Source of the DNA: Phycisphaerae bacterium
GTDB taxonomy: Bacteria > Planctomycetota > Phycisphaerae > UBA1845
Length of the DNA: 64,000 nucleotides
Reading direction: 5' to 3'
Assembly (NCBI GenBank): GCA_029260165.1
Contig: JAJDDT010000097.1
Span: 11,099-75,098, forward strand
Part shown: positions 1 through 9,473 of the stretch, piece after piece
Layout: each line of letters opens with the position of its first letter
Numbering within the stretch: position 1 is the stretch's first letter
Program-made: the position numbers and the translations under genes
Notes under the pieces: generated by a model
Seen by the model: the letters and a program-made list of their open reading frames with translations, nothing else
What the model was told of the DNA's origin: nothing
Databases searched by the model: none

Positions 1-2130
1 TTCGTCCATGATGACGAGGGAGCGGTCGGTGGCGTTGTTGAGGATGCTGGCGGCTTCGGTCATTTCGACCATGAAGGTGCTCTTGTCGCGGGTGATTTCG
101 TCGGCGGCTCCGACGCGGGCGAAGATGCGATCGACGACGCCCATGTTCATTGATTGTGCGGGGACGTACGAACCCATCTGTGCGAGGAGGGTCATGTGTG
201 CGATCTGTCGCATGTAGGTGCTTTTGCCGGCCATGTTGGGTCCGGTGATGATCCAGAGACGTCGATCGGTTTGCAGATCGGTGTCGTTGGGGACGAAGGC
301 GTCGGCCAGTCTCTGTTCGAGGACGGGGTGCCTGCCTTCGAGAATGTTCATGTCCTGCGAATCATCGATGACCGGGCGGACGTAGCGACGCTCGACGGCG
401 AGTTCTGCCAGACCCTCGACAGCGTCGATACGCGAGATGGCGTCAGCCACGCGTTGAAGGGGTTCAACGTGGCCGGCGACCTCGTCGCGCAATTCGGCGA
501 ACAGTTTTGTTTCGAGTGCAAGGGCTTTTTCCTCGGCGGTGAGGACCCTGGTTTCGTATTCCTTGAGTTCATCGGTGATGTATCGTTCAGCCGCCTTGAT
601 GGTTTGTTTGCGGACGTAGTTGGCGGGAACCCGATCGCGGTAGGTGTTGCTGATTTCGATGTAGAACCCGAAAACGCGGTTGTAGGCGACGCGGAGTGAG
701 GGGATGCCGGTTAGTTCGGATTGTCGTTTCTGGTAGTCGGCGAGCCATTCCTGTCCGTTGCGTCGCAGGTTTCGAAGTTCGTCGAGTTCGGGGTTGAAAC
801 CGGAAGCGATGACACCACCGTCCTTGAGGGTGGCGGGGGCGTCTTCGGCGATGGCGCGATGGAGCAGATTGGCCAACTCGTCGAAACCGGTGAGCGATTC
901 GCGCCATCGTTGGATCAACGGCGGGTCGAGCGGTTCGAGTTTGTCGCGAAGCGCCGGCAGACTCGAAAGCGTGATAGCTAGTCCGACAAGATCGCGCGGT
1001 GACGCGCGGTTGAGGGCGACACGTGCGGTGATGCGTTCGACATCGCAGCAGTTGCGAAGCCAATCCCGCACATGCTCGCGAACGGGTTCGTTTTCGACCA
1101 TGGCTGCGACGGCGTCCTGGCGATTGACGATGGCATCAATGTCGACCATCGGCAGACAAAGCCAGTGTCGCAGGCGTCGGGCACCCATCGGATGGACCGT
1201 GCGGTCGATGGCGGCGAGAAGGCTGCCGTCGCGCTGACCGGAGCGCAGGGTGCGTTCGATTTCGAGAGATCGCCATGTGTTGTGGTCGATGAGCAGCGTG
1301 TCGGATCGGCGTTGACGTTCGATGCGAGTGATGTGGGTGAGCGCGGTTTTCTGCGTTTCAGCCAGATAGCGGATAATCGCACCGGCTGCGCGGACGGAGG
1401 CATCGCAGTCACCAATGCCGAAACCGTCGAGGGTGGTAACGTCGAAATGTTCGTGCAGGGTGCGGAGTGCGTCGTGTTGGCCGAAATCGTAGGGGCTTCT
1501 GCGGGCGATCGACGTGTCGCAGAGTGTTTTCAATTCCAGGGCGACATTCGCAGCCGCGGACGATGGTTCGTCGTCGATGAGGATTTCAGCCGGTCGGATG
1601 CGGACGAGTTCGTCGACGATACCTTCGGTCATTTCGTCAAACACGCGGAATCGCCCGCTGGCTAGCTCGATGGTGGCGAGTCCGAAGCTGTTCTTGCCCC
1701 GGGCGATGGCAGCCAGCACGTTGTCGGTGCGTTCGTCGAGGAGTGTTTCATCGGTAAGGGTGCCTGCGGTGACGATGCGGACGATGTCGCGTTTGACGAC
1801 ACCCTTTGCGAGTTTGGCGTCCTCGATTTGTTCGGAGACGGCGACCTTGTAGCCCGCGTGGACGAGTTTGTTGAGGTAGGAGTCGAGAGCGTGGTATGGG
1901 ATGCCTGCGAGCGGGATCGGGTTTTCGCCTTTGCTGCGCGTGGTCAGGGCGATGCCGAGGACGCGTGAGGCCGTCTTTGCATCCTCGTAAAACATTTCGT
2001 AGAAATCGCCCATGCGGAACAGAAGGATGGCGTCACCGGCGCGGGTCTTGTGCTCCTGATACTGGCGCATCGCGGGGGTGAGTTTGTCTTGATTGGTTGG
2101 GTTTGAGGTTTTGGGATTTCTGACAACCAT
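1..2130 (-). CDS. mutS: DNA mismatch repair protein MutS (3' end runs off the window)
   Basis: Manual translation from ATG at 2130: ...LTPAMRQYQEHK...ILLFRMGDFYEMFYEDA; near the window edge ITGPNMAGKSTY (Walker A), STFMVEM and VIMDE (Walker B). Not in the ORF track because it lacks a stop in the window. Confidence 0.97.
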   Translation of the reverse strand, partial: MVVRNPKTSNPTNQDKLTPAMRQYQEHKTRAGDAILLFRMGDFYEMFYEDAKTASRVLGIALTTRSKGENPIPLAGIPYHALDSYLNKLVHAGYKVAVSEQIEDAKLAKGVVKRDIVRIVTAGTLTDETLLDERTDNVLAAIARGKNSFGLATIELASGRFRVFDEMTEGIVDELVRIRPAEILIDDEPSSAAANVALELKTLCDTSIARRSPYDFGQHDALRTLHEHFDVTTLDGFGIGDCDASVRAAGAIIRYLAETQKTALTHITRIERQRRSDTLLIDHNTWRSLEIERTLRSGQRDGSLLAAIDRTVHPMGARRLRHWLCLPMVDIDAIVNRQDAVAAMVENEPVREHVRDWLRNCCDVERITARVALNRASPRDLVGLAITLSSLPALRDKLEPLDPPLIQRWRESLTGFDELANLLHRAIAEDAPATLKDGGVIASGFNPELDELRNLRRNGQEWLADYQKRQSELTGIPSLRVAYNRVFGFYIEISNTYRDRVPANYVRKQTIKAAERYITDELKEYETRVLTAEEKALALETKLFAELRDEVAGHVEPLQRVADAISRIDAVEGLAELAVERRYVRPVIDDSQDMNILEGRHPVLEQRLADAFVPNDTDLQTDRRLWIITGPNMAGKSTYMRQIAHMTLLAQMGSYVPAQSMNMGVVDRIFARVGAADEITRDKSTFMVEMTEAASILNNATDRSLVIMDE

Positions 2131-2168
2131 GTTCGTTCGCGTTTGGCTAATCCAATGAAGCGGTCATC

Positions 2169-3092
2169 CTAACGCCGTCTGCGCTTTCGTGCCTCATTCA
2201 GGGCGAGGGCAGCCTGATTTTTGAAGGCCTGTCGCAAATCGGGGTCATCCGGGCGGAGGCTGGCGAGCATGTGCGCGGTGAGAAACCACACCGAAGCAGC
2301 ACCAATCGTCGATTCACCGTGTTCGTCTGCCTGCATATCTATTTCGATCACCCGTCGCATGGCTGACAGCGCTTTGACAGCCAATCGGTCACGTTCAAGC
2401 TGTCCGGGCACGACGTGACCCTCGTCAGAATCACCGGGACGGGGGAACCAGGGCACGGCTGACATCGCGCTGGCCAGTTCTTCCCGGGCTTTCATGGCGT
2501 CGGCGGTGCCCGTGACTGCGAACAGCGGGACGGTCGTTGACATCGCGAGACAAAGCAGCATCAGTCGGACAGGCCAATTGTTTGCGAATTGCGAGAAACG
2601 CCTGACGCCCTGTTTGGGTGAATGATCCGAACGATGCCATGGACCCGCGACCAGCACCCACGAAGCCACGCCGAACAAAAGGTAATTGGCGTTGACCAGT
2701 GTGCTGGTTGCGACGTTGACGAACTCGTTTTGTTGGAGATAGGGCGATTCGTGGATCGTGATGGTGCAGGCGGTCAACAGGCTGTGGCCCGTGTAGACCG
2801 CGAGAACGCGAACGATGCGTCCCGGCCAACCGATCCAATACGACGCGAGAATCAGCCCGAATTCGGGCACGAACATGGTGGCGTGCCAGAACAGGCGGGT
2901 TTCGTCGCAAAACATGTACGGCGACGGGCGACCGACCAGACTGTGCAGATATTTGGTCAGCCGAACGGCGATGTCGGCGTTGAGGGTAAAGGTGAACCGC
3001 CAGACCACCCCCGCCACGACCATCAGAAGAATGGCACGGGGCAGAAACCGTTTCAATGACCAGACGGGTCTCACCGGCATGACGTCGGTCAT
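2169..3092 (-). CDS. Multi-pass membrane protein, probably exosortase H-associated
   Basis: Likely start MTDVMPV at 3092 overlaps the exosortase stop (ATGA); several hydrophobic segments followed by a helical C-terminal domain. Confidence 0.6.
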   Translation of the reverse strand: MTDVMPVRPVWSLKRFLPRAILLMVVAGVVWRFTFTLNADIAVRLTKYLHSLVGRPSPYMFCDETRLFWHATMFVPEFGLILASYWIGWPGRIVRVLAVYTGHSLLTACTITIHESPYLQQNEFVNVATSTLVNANYLLFGVASWVLVAGPWHRSDHSPKQGVRRFSQFANNWPVRLMLLCLAMSTTVPLFAVTGTADAMKAREELASAMSAVPWFPRPGDSDEGHVVPGQLERDRLAVKALSAMRRVIEIDMQADEHGESTIGAASVWFLTAHMLASLRPDDPDLRQAFKNQAALALNEARKRRRR

Positions 3093-3709
3093 CCGTGCAC
3101 CGCAGCCCGTTCGCGTTTGGTTGCCCAGACCGCCCACGCCAGCCACATCGGTGCGATGCAGGAAATGAGAAACCACTGCATCAGGACAAGATGGGCGAAG
3201 TTGAAAAGCCTGGCGGACCAGCCGGCGACCAGTGCGAGGACGACGAGGCGGAAGATGTTGAGAATGGCCACCCCGAAAAATCCAACCAGAATACCGACTC
3301 CGCGATCCCTCCAGCGGGCGGGATAGGCGATCGTGGCAGAACAGAAAAGCGCGGTGGCGTAGAGCGCGGTACATTCGAGACTGACGATCAGACTGGTATC
3401 GCCGCTGAGCATTTGATGCCCCGCGCGTTTGATGGAGTCGTCGAAAATCTGCGCGATCCAACCGGCGATCGCAGCGATGGTGGTTTGAAGCGGCATGCCC
3501 CAGCCAATGTGAGTGAGGTAGGCTTCACCGAACCCAAGCACAAGCGCCATCGCGACGAGTTTGACAACGAAAAGCGTTGCGACACGGCTCGGGTCTGGTT
3601 CCACCGGCGATGACGGTGTCTCGGATTCCTGCCCGAGGGCGGTGGCGGGAGGCATTCCGCCTTCACCCGGACAATCGGTCTCCTTTGGTTCAATCCGCGG
3701 GTCGCCCAT
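3089..3709 (-). CDS. xrtH: Exosortase/archaeosortase family protein, exosortase H type
   Basis: Catalytic Cys/Arg/His pattern: VSLECTAL, LNIFRL, FAHLVLMQ in a multi-TM protein; IPTL-like tails on two proteins in the window. Confidence 0.82.
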   Translation of the reverse strand: MGDPRIEPKETDCPGEGGMPPATALGQESETPSSPVEPDPSRVATLFVVKLVAMALVLGFGEAYLTHIGWGMPLQTTIAAIAGWIAQIFDDSIKRAGHQMLSGDTSLIVSLECTALYATALFCSATIAYPARWRDRGVGILVGFFGVAILNIFRLVVLALVAGWSARLFNFAHLVLMQWFLISCIAPMWLAWAVWATKRERAAVHG

Positions 3710-3834
3710 GCCGACGGAACCTACCCCTCGTCGCAGCGTCTGGCAACATCCTCGGCCAGGTGATCCATGGGTGGACGCCCCACCGTTTCAGAACCTGTCG
3801 GATTTCATCGTGTCACCGGGTTTTCGCCGGATCG

Positions 3835-4629
3835 TCATTCGTCCTCTTTTTCGGGTTGTTCGCGAAGCTTGGCAGCCGCTTCGGTATCACCGGTTTTTTC
3901 CAGAATGCCTGCCAAAGCGTCGCGGACCTCTTCGCGGAGTTCCGACTTGTCCTTGTCCACCAGTGTCGACCAGGCACGGGACAGGTGATCCTTCGCTTCG
4001 TTGTACGGACCGGTTTCCGCCATGGCTTTCCCAACGACGAGATTGGACCGGACCCACCCCATTCTCAATCGCAGGCGACCGTGAATCTCGATGGCTTGTT
4101 TGCCTGCCTGGCTGGCTTCGTCGTGTCGACCGAGCTTGAGAAGCGATTGGGCAACCCCAAGTTGGTACATGGCTGCCCCCCACGCGTCCCCGAGTTGTGC
4201 AGCCGCCATTCGGGCCTCCTGATACAATGCCAACGCCGCCTGTGAATCCTCCAGTTTTCGGGCCTCCTTGTACTTGCCCTGACCCTCGCGAAACTCCTTT
4301 TGCTCCTGGGGACTCCAGCTTCCAAACGCAGCCGCATAGCTGCTGAAAAGTTCATCGCCGAAAGCCTTGTCGGCGTGTTCGGCAAATTTCAGGCCCGTGC
4401 GGTAGCTCTCACGGGCTTTTTCGACGTCACCCCCCTCTTCGATGATCTTCAAACCACCCTCAAGGTATTGATCGACGAACCCGAGAGTTTCGGACGGATA
4501 GCGACGGAGCGTCTGCACGATCCACCTGTCGTCACCGTTTTTGAGCATGGTTTCCATCCGTTTGACATCCAGGCCGTCGTCGGCGGTGATGGTGGAAAGC
4601 ATGACGATTTGCATAACGGTCGTGAGCAT
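3835..4629 (-). CDS. Tetratricopeptide-repeat-like helical protein
   Basis: TPR-like motifs LGVAQSLLKLGRHDEASQ and VGKAMAETGPYNEAKDHL; short hydrophobic N-terminus. Confidence 0.65.
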   Translation of the reverse strand: MLTTVMQIVMLSTITADDGLDVKRMETMLKNGDDRWIVQTLRRYPSETLGFVDQYLEGGLKIIEEGGDVEKARESYRTGLKFAEHADKAFGDELFSSYAAAFGSWSPQEQKEFREGQGKYKEARKLEDSQAALALYQEARMAAAQLGDAWGAAMYQLGVAQSLLKLGRHDEASQAGKQAIEIHGRLRLRMGWVRSNLVVGKAMAETGPYNEAKDHLSRAWSTLVDKDKSELREEVRDALAGILEKTGDTEAAAKLREQPEKEDE

Positions 4630-5122
4630 GGTGTTTTTCCTGAATGAAGAGGTCCGGTTTGTCGTCTTTTAGCCCGAGGGTGGGCACTGTAGCGAATCCG
4701 GGGAACATCGTCCATTTGCCCGGTCCGGGTGTGTGGACCGGGGTGTGTGACAAAATCGGTGGGTGCAAAAAACCGTAGGGCACGTTGTTCCGCGTGAGCA
4801 GAACGTTGACCTGCCGTTCCATCGCGGCAGGTGAACCTCGCGGCGTGGCCGCGAGAACCACCTGCCCTACGCCGAGCCGCCAAAACCGTCATGCACCCCG
4901 TGGGCGGGTCTTTCCGGTGCGAACACGTCATCGCGAACCCAAAAGCAGGAAGATTTTTCTTGACCTGCCGGGAAATCTGGAATAATGGACTGGTCTCGTA
5001 AGTTTTGAACGCTGAGGCGTTTAGCGGCTTACCGGGTCGGTACCGCTTGAAAAGTCCGACAGGGTTTTCACCATAGAGCGGGCGGGATGTAAATTCTTGT
5101 AACTTCGAAAGGATCAATCACG

Positions 5123-5344
5123 ATGAATCTGAGGAAAATGGCATTTGGTTCGTTGCGTGCCGTGGCGGTGGCTGGTTTGGTTGGCGGCTCGGCGTTGATG
5201 ACGCTGTCGCAGACCGGCTGTGCGTCGAATGACGGCTGCAAGTGCATGAAGACCGCCGGCGATCAAAAATGCGGTGGTGACAAAAAGTGTGGCGGCGACA
5301 AGAAATGCGGTGGTGACAAGAAGTGTGGCGGCGACAAAAAGTAA
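5123..5344 (+). CDS. Cys-repeat RiPP precursor peptide (MNIO substrate), possible lipoprotein
   Basis: 73 aa; signal peptide ending LSQTGC; C-terminus GDQKCG-GDKKCG-GDKKCG-GDKKCG-GDKK; AAGGA upstream; directly 5' of a DUF692 gene. Confidence 0.88.
   Translation: MNLRKMAFGSLRAVAVAGLVGGSALMTLSQTGCASNDGCKCMKTAGDQKCGGDKKCGGDKKCGGDKKCGGDKK
5258..5341 (+). repeat. 18-bp coding tandem repeat (4.7 units, GDKKCG)
   Basis: Units ggcgatcaaaaatgcggt / ggtgacaaaaagtgtggc / ggcgacaagaaatgcggt / ggtgacaagaagtgtggc / ggcgacaaaaag; differences almost all synonymous. Confidence 0.95.
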
Positions 5345-5380
5345 GGCGGATCGTCGCGTAAGGCTGATTTGAAAAACCAA

Positions 5381-5418
5381 CACGGGTCATCGCGGTGAAC
5401 AAACCGTGATGACCCGTG
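5381..5418 (+). promoter_or_regulatory. 16-bp stem-loop between precursor and maturase genes
   Basis: CACGGGTCATCGCGGT-gaacaa-ACCGTGATGACCCGTG; fully paired with one G-U on the + RNA; no clear U-tract. Confidence 0.7.
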
Positions 5419-5513
5419 CCATTTGCGTTACCATCGCCTGACGGCGTTGCGTTGCCCACGTTGAATCGCCGGCGTTGAACCTTCTGAAATGGTCGTGGCC
5501 TGGGAGTGCTGTC

Positions 5514-6368
5514 GTGGATCAACGGAAGACGAATTATGGACTCCCCGCACTGGGTGCGGGAATCGGCCTGCGCCGACCGCATTTTGACGAGATCATCGAG
5601 ACGAATCCGCCGGTGCGCTGGTTTGAGATCATTCCGGAGAATTTCCTCAACCGTGGCGGATACATGGCAGACTGTTTGCGGAAAATCAGCGAAAAATACA
5701 CACTCGTCGCCCACGGTATTTCGGTCTCAATCGGCAGCACAGACCCGTTCGACATGGGGCATCTCAAACGTCTCCGCGCGTTTTGTGACTCCATCAACAG
5801 TCCCTGGTTCAGCGATCATCTCTGCTTCACAATGGTCGATCACGTCAATCTCAACGACCTGATCCCCCTGCCTTTCACGCGTGATGCGATCAACAATGTC
5901 GTCGAGCGTGTAAAGATCGTGCAGGACATCATGGAACGACCCTTCCTCCTCGAAAACGTGACGTACTACATGACGGTCTCGAAATCACAGATGTCCGAAG
6001 CAGAGTTTATCACGACCATTCTGGAGGAGGCTGACTGCGGTTTGCTTCTGGACGTGTCGAATGTTGTGCTCAACGCGAAGATGCACGAATACGATCCGAT
6101 CGCGTTTCTCGACTCGATTCCGCTTGATCGCGTCGGGCAGATGCACCTGGCTGGTTTTGAGGAGAAGGACGACTTGCTGCTCGACACGCATGGCAAACCG
6201 GTGTCGGACGAAACGTGGGACCTGTTCCGCGCGGTGATTGAGCGGGTCGGACCTTCGTCGCCACTGGTCGAGTGGGACGTAGCCATCCCGACGCTGGACC
6301 GCCTGATGCGTGAGGCGGAGATGGCCCAGACAAAAATGGACGAGGTGTGTGCCTCGCGCGCTTCCTGA
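5514..6368 (+). CDS. DUF692 family multinuclear non-heme iron-dependent oxidative enzyme (MNIO)
   Basis: Motifs GIGLR, WFEIIPENF, HGISVSIG, SDHLCF, DLIPLPFT, LLENVTYY, LLLDVSN, HLAG, DTHG, VEWD. GTG start at 5514 with GGGAG RBS preferred over TTG at 5475. Confidence 0.95.
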   Translation: MDQRKTNYGLPALGAGIGLRRPHFDEIIETNPPVRWFEIIPENFLNRGGYMADCLRKISEKYTLVAHGISVSIGSTDPFDMGHLKRLRAFCDSINSPWFSDHLCFTMVDHVNLNDLIPLPFTRDAINNVVERVKIVQDIMERPFLLENVTYYMTVSKSQMSEAEFITTILEEADCGLLLDVSNVVLNAKMHEYDPIAFLDSIPLDRVGQMHLAGFEEKDDLLLDTHGKPVSDETWDLFRAVIERVGPSSPLVEWDVAIPTLDRLMREAEMAQTKMDEVCASRAS

Positions 6369-6394
6369 TGCTTCCTGATACGGGTTGATCGGTC

Positions 6395-7321
6395 ATGACG
6401 CTGAACAACGTTCTTTCCGCGGTTCGCACGCTGATTCTCGACGAGGAGGCGCCCACCGGTTCGATCGACGAGCGACATGCTGCCCTTCGCCTGCGTTTTC
6501 CCGAGTTGGCTGACGCGGAAATCGCCGACCTGGCCACCATTCCTCCCCGGCGTCTCAACGTGTATACGGATCTCGTGTTCGCCGGTGAACGTGAGCTGCT
6601 GAGGTGGGTTTATCCGGTGACGTTTGCGGTGTTGCATCGGTTGTCGCCCGCGGCTGACGATGATCCCTGGTTTGGTGAGGCGGATTTCGATCTGGTTCGC
6701 GCGATCCACCGTTTTCGAGCGTGGAAGATCGGTTCGACGCGCATGCTCGCGCAAAACATGGCTGACTTCGTGTCGCAGCATCGCCGGGATTGGGTGGATC
6801 GCTGGGGCGGACTGATCGCGCTGATCGATTGCGAGCGGGTCGAGACGGATGTGTTTTATGCCCCCGATGTCGATCATCAGCCCATGGATTTGCCCTCGCT
6901 GGCGGACCTTTCCGTGGATGAATTGATGGCCCTTGAGGTCGCGCAGCCCAGTTTCGTCGCTCTTCGATCGTTTTCGCACGACGTCCTGACGGTTCAGGGG
7001 TATTGGCGTGAACATGAGAAACTACCCGACGACCTGCCGCCCGCCTCACGAACAGACTGCTGTTGTAGTCGCAATCCGCACACACTGGATGCACAATGGA
7101 CGCGGTTGCCACCTGCGGGACTCGCGACCCTGCAGATGATGGAACCCGATCGACCGTATACCGTCGAATCGTTGGCGGAGGTGTACGTCGACGCCTCCTC
7201 CGATGCGGAGCGGTCCGATGAGCCGGCGCTGTTTGCATCATTCTTTGATTTCCTGACGTCGGCGGGTGCGGTGGGTGTACTGCTCGATGCGCGGAATTCA
7301 CGCGCCGACCGTCATGGGTGA
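6395..7321 (+). CDS. MNIO partner protein (DUF2063/HvfC-like)
   Basis: RRLNVYTDLVF...LRWVYPVT N-terminal motif and position directly after DUF692. Confidence 0.78.
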   Translation: MTLNNVLSAVRTLILDEEAPTGSIDERHAALRLRFPELADAEIADLATIPPRRLNVYTDLVFAGERELLRWVYPVTFAVLHRLSPAADDDPWFGEADFDLVRAIHRFRAWKIGSTRMLAQNMADFVSQHRRDWVDRWGGLIALIDCERVETDVFYAPDVDHQPMDLPSLADLSVDELMALEVAQPSFVALRSFSHDVLTVQGYWREHEKLPDDLPPASRTDCCCSRNPHTLDAQWTRLPPAGLATLQMMEPDRPYTVESLAEVYVDASSDAERSDEPALFASFFDFLTSAGAVGVLLDARNSRADRHG

Positions 7322-8683
7322 CGATGCTTCGTCACATCGTCCGAACTTCCGGCGCTCTTCCCGTCCGCTTGTCAGACGATTCAATATCCCGGTCAGTTGC
7401 CCTGTTTGCGATTTTCGCGTGTATTTCCGGAGTCGATCCCGATTGACGCCACCCGGGTTCCGGTCATTGCACCAGTCGTTGTAAACGGCTGCCACTGCAT
7501 CGGCGATTTCGACGCGATTCGGCGACACCGTCACACCGGACCCGCAATCATCGAGAACGCGCGCGACGGCGGACGAGACGGAACCGACGTGAATGATCGG
7601 TCTGCCCGCGAGTTGATACTCGAATATCTTGGCGGGAACGACGGAATCACAGTTCCTGCCCGTCGTCAGATTCCCCGATATCAGACAGTTGGATGCAACC
7701 ATCTCGCGAATCGCGTCGGCATGTGAAACATAACCCGTTGCACAAATTTGAATATTCGCATTCAAAACCCGGCGACGCATGTCATCCGGCACCCACCCAA
7801 CGATCCTGAATTCTGTTGACACATCACCACCGATGCGTTTTTGAAAGTCTGTCAATCCGTCAACAATGGCAGGTGCCTCAGCCGTGCGAACAAAACTGCC
7901 GACAAACGACACGATGAACCTGTTTTCGTCAATTCCCCGTTGCGAACGAACGACATTGCGATGCACCCCGACAAAATCTGACTCATCCGCGCCATTGTAA
8001 ATGGTTGCGAATTTGTCGCGCTGATCGGAAACATGTCCCGCCAGAATGTCGGTCTGTTCGACGGATACACCGACGACGGCGTCAGCTGCGCGAAGAAAGG
8101 CGTCTTCCATCCTCCGCATCCGCCGGCGATGCCACACCGTTGGAGGCGCAAAATCGTAGTTGTCCGTCCACAGGTCGCGAAAGTCCGCCACCCACGGCAC
8201 ACCCGTCGCGCTTTTCAACTGCCACGCAAGCCAGTGATTGGAAGCGGGCGAATGCGTCGAGTAGATTCCATCGATGTTCTCAGTCCGAACAATATTGAGC
8301 AGTTCAGGAAGCGAGCTTTTCGCCCACGCAATCAACCGATCCGGACAGGACCAATAGCGAAGCGCGTCGTTGAGACGTTGAAATCGCCAATGATTGAACC
8401 GCGCGATCCCTCGACCGCGCGGTTCGACAAATTCGTGCACGCGACGATCCAGATGCTTCGGCAACTCATCGAGCAATGCCTCGTCCCGAGGCAAATCAGT
8501 CGACGCCGGCGCGCACCACACCGTCGGCGTCCATCCAAAATCAGGCAGGTATTTGGCAAACCTGGCCGACCGCTGCACACCCGGCCCACCGGTCGGCGGA
8601 AACGCGTGGGCAATCATGAGAACCCGACGTGACAATCCACCCCGTCGAACAACAGCACCCCGCGATCCTTGCATCCCCATCAT
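7298..8683 (-). CDS. Glycosyltransferase family 4
   Basis: AHAFPPTGGPGVQR, PWVADFRDLW, IYNGAD, PAKIFEY motifs; start uncertain (8683, 8635 or 8617). Confidence 0.88.
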   Translation of the reverse strand: MMGMQGSRGAVVRRGGLSRRVLMIAHAFPPTGGPGVQRSARFAKYLPDFGWTPTVWCAPASTDLPRDEALLDELPKHLDRRVHEFVEPRGRGIARFNHWRFQRLNDALRYWSCPDRLIAWAKSSLPELLNIVRTENIDGIYSTHSPASNHWLAWQLKSATGVPWVADFRDLWTDNYDFAPPTVWHRRRMRRMEDAFLRAADAVVGVSVEQTDILAGHVSDQRDKFATIYNGADESDFVGVHRNVVRSQRGIDENRFIVSFVGSFVRTAEAPAIVDGLTDFQKRIGGDVSTEFRIVGWVPDDMRRRVLNANIQICATGYVSHADAIREMVASNCLISGNLTTGRNCDSVVPAKIFEYQLAGRPIIHVGSVSSAVARVLDDCGSGVTVSPNRVEIADAVAAVYNDWCNDRNPGGVNRDRLRKYTRKSQTGQLTGILNRLTSGREERRKFGRCDEASSPMTVGA

Positions 8684-8714
8684 ATCGCTCGGCTGCCCAC
8701 CATGATTCGAAACG

Positions 8715-9467
8715 TCAGTCCAATCCCAACATGGTTCGCGTATCCGGTCCGCAGCAGCACAGCGTGTCCAGAACAGACAGTCCCGACACGAAATCACCAA
8801 AGGGCTGCTCGTATGTCGGCATGTCGAATGTCGCATATTGCAATTCAATATCACCTGCGTCGAACAATTCCGCGGACATGTACTTGCGCGCACCCTGCCC
8901 CGACAGGTATCGCCGACCCCCGACGCGCTGCACGATCTCGACGAGGCGTTGGGTCGATGTCGCGTCGATATCAAGCGACGACGAACGAATCATCGGCGTC
9001 CTGATCTCAAGATAGGCGCATATACGAACGATCGCGTCCATACCGACATCCGCGAGTGATAACCCTTCCGCCGTCGCCCGACGCAGAACCGGATCAACAA
9101 TCCGGTCGCAAACCTCATCAAAATACCGACACCGCCCATAGCACTGCTGAAGCGTGCGGCGGTGTTTCGTGGTCCAGTGCTGGTCGTAGTCGATCACTAT
9201 CTCATTGATTGGCGAATGATAATTGCCCTTGTTAAGCGTTGGAACGGTGAGCCACGACACACCATGGGCCGATTTGACTCGATTGCGATGAATGAATCCC
9301 CGCCTGGTGAATTGCACATCATCGAGGATGACGAACAAATCGCAGGTTGCCACCTTGTGAAAAAACCCGAGCCAACCGAAATAGTTAGGCTGATGGATCG
9401 CGACCGTTTCCGGAGCGGCGACCGCTGTTTCACGCGATGGCATCTGCAAGCCGGCTGCCAACGTCAT
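8715..9467 (-). CDS. WbqC family protein
   Basis: IHQPNYFGWLGFFHK, LDDVQF, WLTVP, YLSG, LSVLDTL motifs. Confidence 0.92.
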   Translation of the reverse strand: MTLAAGLQMPSRETAVAAPETVAIHQPNYFGWLGFFHKVATCDLFVILDDVQFTRRGFIHRNRVKSAHGVSWLTVPTLNKGNYHSPINEIVIDYDQHWTTKHRRTLQQCYGRCRYFDEVCDRIVDPVLRRATAEGLSLADVGMDAIVRICAYLEIRTPMIRSSSLDIDATSTQRLVEIVQRVGGRRYLSGQGARKYMSAELFDAGDIELQYATFDMPTYEQPFGDFVSGLSVLDTLCCCGPDTRTMLGLD

Positions 9468-9473
9468 AATCGG

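Noticed and set aside
8-2126. Many short ORFs in the track over 1-2.1 kb
   Set aside because: Shadows of the minus-strand mutS frame, which the track omits because it lacks a stop in the window.
3093-3461. N-terminal extension of the 430-aa ORF
   Set aside because: Out-of-frame overlap with the exosortase; ATGA coupling at 3092 gives a better start.
4630-5122. ncRNA, riboswitch or ECF promoter upstream of the RiPP precursor
   Set aside because: No recognisable structure; GTAA and CGAA elements are not at a convincing spacing.
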